DNA of 64,000 bases from Candidatus Latescibacterota bacterium (GTDB lineage Bacteria; Latescibacterota; UBA2968): the NCBI GenBank assembly GCA_965198115.1, contig OZ240241.1:5696001-5760000 (forward strand), in the 5' to 3' direction. A program made the position numbers and the translations under genes. Each line of letters starts with the position of its first letter. The first letter of the stretch is position 1. Positions 59,545-64,000 of this stretch are shown in pieces. The notes below the pieces were generated by a model that was not told where the DNA came from, did no database searches, and saw only the letters and a list, made by a program, of their open reading frames with translations.

Positions 59545-60320
59545 CAAAGTTTCACGACGGTGTTCTTCGCATCCAGCCTGACGGGTTTGGAGTAGTGGTA
59601 GACGCTGATGTCGTCCGTGAGGGGCGTCGGAATCCTTACGATCAGCTCGATCCAGTCCGGGGCGTTGAAGGCGGAGAACGCGAGTTCCATGCCTTCGATC
59701 AACTCATCGGGGTCCCGAGACAGGTCAGGATAAAGGTGGGGTCCTGTGTCGGTCTGGAAGATGTTGTCGCGTTCGTTGGCGTTGATCGTTTTGATCGGGT
59801 AGTCGAGGATGACGGCGTATCGATCATCCTCGTACTCGGTTCGCGCAACGAGTTGATGATTGTCGAGCACCGCCTGTACGACATCCTCCGTCTTGTCGAG
59901 TACTGTGCCTTCGCGTCTGGCGAGGTCGAGTCGAACGCTCGCGAAGTTGTCTTCGGTCCGCCCGATCTGTCGTTCCGGCTGCGCACCGAGCGAGGGTGGG
60001 TAGAGTTGGACCCGCTGTCCGACCCGATCGAAGGTCTTGATCATCATGAACTGATCCTGAGAGAAGACGGGGATGAAGTCCGCGTTCGGCTCGGTCCAGA
60101 TGTCCTTGGGTGCCCCGACGCGTTCCGTCTTACAGCTGACGCCGAGGGCAAACGCCCGGGTTTCCCCGGATGCTTTTTCGGTGAGTTCACACCAGCTGTC
60201 GAGCGGAATACGCGCGTTGTTGAGCGTGAAATGGGGCTTGCTGGACGTCGTCTTGGAAGGGACGACCTCCCAGTCGGTGCGCCAGGTGAGGTAGGAGTTG
60301 GGGAAATCGATGGCCTGCAT
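59544..60320 (-). CDS. Conserved hypothetical protein
   Basis: RBS ggagg, TGATG overlap with the downstream BNR gene. Confidence 0.7.
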   Translation of the reverse strand: MQAIDFPNSYLTWRTDWEVVPSKTTSSKPHFTLNNARIPLDSWCELTEKASGETRAFALGVSCKTERVGAPKDIWTEPNADFIPVFSQDQFMMIKTFDRVGQRVQLYPPSLGAQPERQIGRTEDNFASVRLDLARREGTVLDKTEDVVQAVLDNHQLVARTEYEDDRYAVILDYPIKTINANERDNIFQTDTGPHLYPDLSRDPDELIEGMELAFSAFNAPDWIELIVRIPTPLTDDISVYHYSKPVRLDAKNTVVKL

Positions 60321-60487
60321 TTTGGGCTGCCTCCGTTTTAGAATTCCACCACAGATCCCGATTTAATTTCGTGCGGCGTTGCAGCCGCAACTTGAGTTGT
60401 CAGTCCCACCTTCGCCGCTGACGCGGCTCGGCGGGCAGTCGTCAGGGAAGACGGCTTACGCCCTTACGTGCCGCGCATAAATGACGA

Positions 60488-61543
60488 TCATTGGCGCGGG
60501 TTCAGGATGTCGTCAACGGATTCGCCCCTTTTACTGGCGATGCGGGTGATGTGGGCGATGTCTTCGTCGGTCAGTTCACATCCTCGCGTGACGAGGAGTT
60601 TGATGATTTCGGGTTTCCAGGTGTGGATGGCGTAGTCAATTGCGCCGAAGTTTTCGCGCTCATTGACGAGTGAGGGGTCCTCGTCGAGCAGTGTTTCGGT
60701 ACGAGTCTCATCGTTCAGGGCGATCGCGGTTCGGATTCCGTATTCGGCGCCTGCATCGACCAGCTCTTGCAACATGTCAAGATCGCACTCTTGTGAGAGG
60801 GTATGCAAGGTTGCCGTGGACACAGGGGTCTGGTCATCATCGGCAGCTTTGTTGACGTCGGCTCCACGCTCCAGGAGGTAGGAGACGGCTGAAGGTCGGT
60901 TGTTTTTGGCGGCGAAAAAGAGGGGTGTGCAGCCCTGATCATCGAGATCGTCGATGTGATCGGTCGATCGATCGAATGCGGCTCGAAGCCGGTCGAGATC
61001 GCCCATGGCGGCTGCGACGTGATCGCTGACCTTTGCGCCCTGAGATAGGAGATAGTCGACGACGTCGGTGGCAGGTTCCGGTTTCCAGGGACCCGCGTGG
61101 AGGGCCTTCAGCAAAGGCGTCTCTCCTCGTCGGTCCTGTACTTCTATGTTTGCGCCGGCTTCGACGAGCATGGTCGTGAATGTGAGATCCCCGATTTCCG
61201 CAGCGAAGTGAAGAGGCGTAGCGCCGTTGAGTGCGGTCGCGTGAACACAGTCTGGGTTCTCAGCGATCAGGCCTTTGCCGGCATCGTGCATACGTAGATA
61301 GGCACACGCGAAGATGTCTGGTTCGAGACCGAGATCCAGGAGCAGGTCGACGATGGGCTTGTTCTGTTCGGTGCGTCGGGAATAGCCATACTGCGCGGCG
61401 GTGTGGAAGAGGCTGAAGCCGGCGTCGTTCTTTTCTTCTATCAGGGATGGATCTTCGTCGAGGAGGGAGGCAACGCGATCGGCATCGCTGTCCTGGATGG
61501 CTTTGATGAGGGTGGTTCGGGGGTTGGGAGTTTGTGATGGCAT
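60488..61543 (-). CDS. Ankyrin-repeat protein
   Basis: GATPLHFAA, GETPLLKA, GCTPLFFAA, LLERGADVN. Confidence 0.9.
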   Translation of the reverse strand: MPSQTPNPRTTLIKAIQDSDADRVASLLDEDPSLIEEKNDAGFSLFHTAAQYGYSRRTEQNKPIVDLLLDLGLEPDIFACAYLRMHDAGKGLIAENPDCVHATALNGATPLHFAAEIGDLTFTTMLVEAGANIEVQDRRGETPLLKALHAGPWKPEPATDVVDYLLSQGAKVSDHVAAAMGDLDRLRAAFDRSTDHIDDLDDQGCTPLFFAAKNNRPSAVSYLLERGADVNKAADDDQTPVSTATLHTLSQECDLDMLQELVDAGAEYGIRTAIALNDETRTETLLDEDPSLVNERENFGAIDYAIHTWKPEIIKLLVTRGCELTDEDIAHITRIASKRGESVDDILNPRQ

Positions 61544-61639
61544 GGAGTTTATGTGGTTTCGTCCGTGCGCTCAATGAGGGGACGAGCGTGGCATCAGTGC
61601 TGTGGGGTTCCCAGGCAGTGGCCGGGAACGCAAACGAGA

Positions 61640-62926
61640 CTACCCGAAGTCGTAGTCCATTAGCTCGGTGGTGCCTTGCCAGACAATACCGTTGTGACCC
61701 ATCGCTTTGGTTTCGTCGACGATTCGGTCGATCGTTTCGCGGCCCCAACCTTCGCCGTGGATGATGGGATAGCACGGGACGGTCTCAGGTAACAGCAGCT
61801 TGGTTTTGTAGAGGTCGCGGAGGACCAGATCGGCCGTGTCTATCCGATAGCCGAGGGTGGCCGGCTCGTCTGCCATGTAGGCGTCGATGGTTTCCGGCAA
61901 GCCCATCCCATCGTAGCCTAAGAAACGATAGACGAGCTGAAGCGCGTCCTGTTCAGTCAAGCCGGAGACTTCCTGCTGGAGAAAGCGGGCCCATTCGATG
62001 AAGCAGTTGCAGACGAAGGCGGAGATATGGGATACGAGCGGACTCGCATAGTCCGACATCTGGTCCCACCGCGAGTAATCGTGGCCGGCAAACAGGGCCA
62101 TCGACGCTGGGAAAGTATCCGTGCCGAAAGCCGTGTCTGGAGCGGCCGCGTGTACTGCGGAGCGGAACCGAGTCAAGTTGCGATGGACCAGGTCACACCT
62201 GAAACGGAACCAGTCGAGCACACCCGATCGCAAGTCGAGGGCGTGGAGGATGTCGAAGAAACCGTATCCCAGGCGGACGACTTCGCCCAGCCGTTTCCCG
62301 TCGAGCTGTTGAAGCCTCTCACGTGCGTGTTTGAGGTCGGCGACCATGCCCGCCATATCGTAACCGAAGTCGGATGCGGCGGCCTCACACGATTCACACG
62401 TGCATCCCCATAGTCCGAGCGGAAAGCTGCCCATCGGATAGCGGAAGTGCGTGATGTCGAGAGCGTCGACGTCATATTGTGATGCCCAGTGCACACACGC
62501 GGCTTCCATCCAGTCCTGCACGTCCTGACGCGACGGGCAGAACATCAGCCGTCGGATCGTCCACGCACCGCCACACCCCCATACGTTCAAACCAGCGTTC
62601 TTCAGCTGAGCGATCGCTTGCCTGTAGGTTGCATCGTCTCCTTCGCGAGGAACCCCGGGCCCGCACAGCTCGCGCGCCAGGTCGTATTCGAGCGGGTCGA
62701 TGGGGCGACCATCAAAGTGACGGAGTACGAGCTTGGCGAGCTCCTCATCCGTCGGCACCTGTCCCTTGAAAGGGCTGAGCGCAAGGACGCTGTCGGGCAT
62801 CTTGCCGGTGAAGCCGATGACGACGGTGTTGAGTCCGATTTCGTCCTGGAGTCGAGCGACGTAATCGGGGTGGTTGAGGATGGTCTCGTGGCCCAGATAG
62901 ATGCCGGTTAGCCAGTCGGAAGACAT
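61640..62926 (-). CDS. Hypothetical protein, glycoside-hydrolase-like TIM barrel
   Basis: FCPS, YDVDALDITHFRYP, CTCESC, WFRFR motifs. Confidence 0.6.
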   Translation of the reverse strand: MSSDWLTGIYLGHETILNHPDYVARLQDEIGLNTVVIGFTGKMPDSVLALSPFKGQVPTDEELAKLVLRHFDGRPIDPLEYDLARELCGPGVPREGDDATYRQAIAQLKNAGLNVWGCGGAWTIRRLMFCPSRQDVQDWMEAACVHWASQYDVDALDITHFRYPMGSFPLGLWGCTCESCEAAASDFGYDMAGMVADLKHARERLQQLDGKRLGEVVRLGYGFFDILHALDLRSGVLDWFRFRCDLVHRNLTRFRSAVHAAAPDTAFGTDTFPASMALFAGHDYSRWDQMSDYASPLVSHISAFVCNCFIEWARFLQQEVSGLTEQDALQLVYRFLGYDGMGLPETIDAYMADEPATLGYRIDTADLVLRDLYKTKLLLPETVPCYPIIHGEGWGRETIDRIVDETKAMGHNGIVWQGTTELMDYDFG

Positions 62927-62961
62927 GGTCGTGTCTCCAGGTTTGGTGGCAGAAATAAACA

Positions 62962-63045
62962 GAGCGGGGGAGCGGGGGCGCAGGGGAACGGGGGAGAAAA
63001 AGCGGTGTCTTCTCCCCCGCTCCCTCCTCCCCCGCTCCCCCGCTC
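62962..63045. repeat. Inverted G-tract/C-tract repeat (approx. 8-nt period)
   Basis: gagcgggggagcgggggcgcaggggaacgggggag ... ctcccccgctccctcctcccccgctcccccgctc. Confidence 0.75.
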
Positions 63046-63051
63046 AGCTTT

Positions 63052-64000
63052 TTAGAATCTCGTGTGTTCGTAGTTGGCGAAGGGTGTTTCGACACCAAGT
63101 TTGTCGGCTTCCTCCTGCAAGGCGGCGCAGTGATCGTCGTTCAAGGGGATTCCATTCTTTTGGTTGTCTTTTGCCCAGACCCACTCATTGCCACCGGCCA
63201 GTTCTGCGGTTGGCATGCCGGGGAGCGGTTTTGTGGCCCGGGCATCTCCGACGAAGCGATCCATCTCTCGCTTGAGTTCCTCGAGGGGCATGAAGTGGGC
63301 GACGTCGACGACCGCGATGAATGCGCCCTGGCCCGCCTCCCACTGCGAATCAGCATACGCCGGGCGATAGATGCCGGGGAAAACGCCGGCGAGCGCTCTG
63401 ACGGCGGCTGTGAGTGCCATGATTTTGAGGTAGGTCGTGGGGATTCGTTTGAAGAGCTCTTCTTCGAACCGAAGCAGCGCCCCGCCCATGTCCATGACGA
63501 TGGGGGGCTGTTCGCCCGCCGGGATCGCGATGCTGCTCGGCGATGTATCGACGACGCTGAAGAGGAGGTCGTTTGGATCGAGGAACATTTTCTGAGAAGA
63601 GCCTGAAATGCCAATGCAGTCGTGTTCCAGCGCGAGGCGTGTGTAGTTGCCCGCGGAACCGACGTGTTGGTGATTGCGCGTTGTGAGAGCGGCAACGCCT
63701 CCGGCCTTGGCCTTCTCGATGATCTTGAGTGTTCCCCGGTAGCAAGGGAAGTAGCCAAGCCCTCCGTCACCGTCCATCACGAGAGAGGCTCCGGCCTCCT
63801 GGTCGACTGTCACATCTGGCCGCGGGTTGACGGCGCCATCCTTGATCTTTTGCAGATAGTAAGGGATCTGGCCGGTTCCGTGACTGTAGAGACAGCGCTG
63901 GTTGTTGCCGACGAGGATGCTTGCCAGCAGGTCCGCGTCCTCGGGTGGCATGTTGACTTTTTCGAACAACCCGACGACAAGTTGCTTCAGGTCCTCGAAC
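63052..64000 (-). CDS. Ldh_2 family oxidoreductase (malate/L-lactate/sulfolactate dehydrogenase type), 5' end off window
   Basis: SHG, DGDGGLG, NHQHVG, PIVMDM. Confidence 0.85.
   Translation of the reverse strand, partial: FEDLKQLVVGLFEKVNMPPEDADLLASILVGNNQRCLYSHGTGQIPYYLQKIKDGAVNPRPDVTVDQEAGASLVMDGDGGLGYFPCYRGTLKIIEKAKAGGVAALTTRNHQHVGSAGNYTRLALEHDCIGISGSSQKMFLDPNDLLFSVVDTSPSSIAIPAGEQPPIVMDMGGALLRFEEELFKRIPTTYLKIMALTAAVRALAGVFPGIYRPAYADSQWEAGQGAFIAVVDVAHFMPLEELKREMDRFVGDARATKPLPGMPTAELAGGNEWVWAKDNQKNGIPLNDDHCAALQEEADKLGVETPFANYEHTRF

Overview
A GC-rich (roughly 60%, estimated by eye) bacterial catabolic region. It resembles Ca. Latescibacterota/Poribacteria-type genomes (inference from paralogue expansions: 4 PhyH dioxygenases, 5 Gfo/Idh/MocA oxidoreductases, 3 enolase-superfamily enzymes, 2 HpcH aldolases, BNR proteins). 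Core content is a complete N-methylglutamate methylamine pathway (mgsABC-mgdABCD-gmaS) followed by a stand-alone B3/4 tRNA-editing-type protein. A gamma-glutamyltransferase, SSS transporter, class IV aminotransferase, glyA and a DMFase-like gene lie nearby. Mobile DNA: ISL3 nested in the terminal repeat of an ISAzo13, an IS630 inserted into a REPIN, and two inverted IS200 copies flanking an inverted 914-bp segment that splits a cyclase gene. Intergenic DNA carries many REP-like families, including a recurring 23-25 nt hairpin module found inside several unrelated host repeats. Several 1-2 nt frameshifts, mostly in simple repeats, suggest long-read consensus errors. No rRNA, tRNA or CRISPR was recognised.
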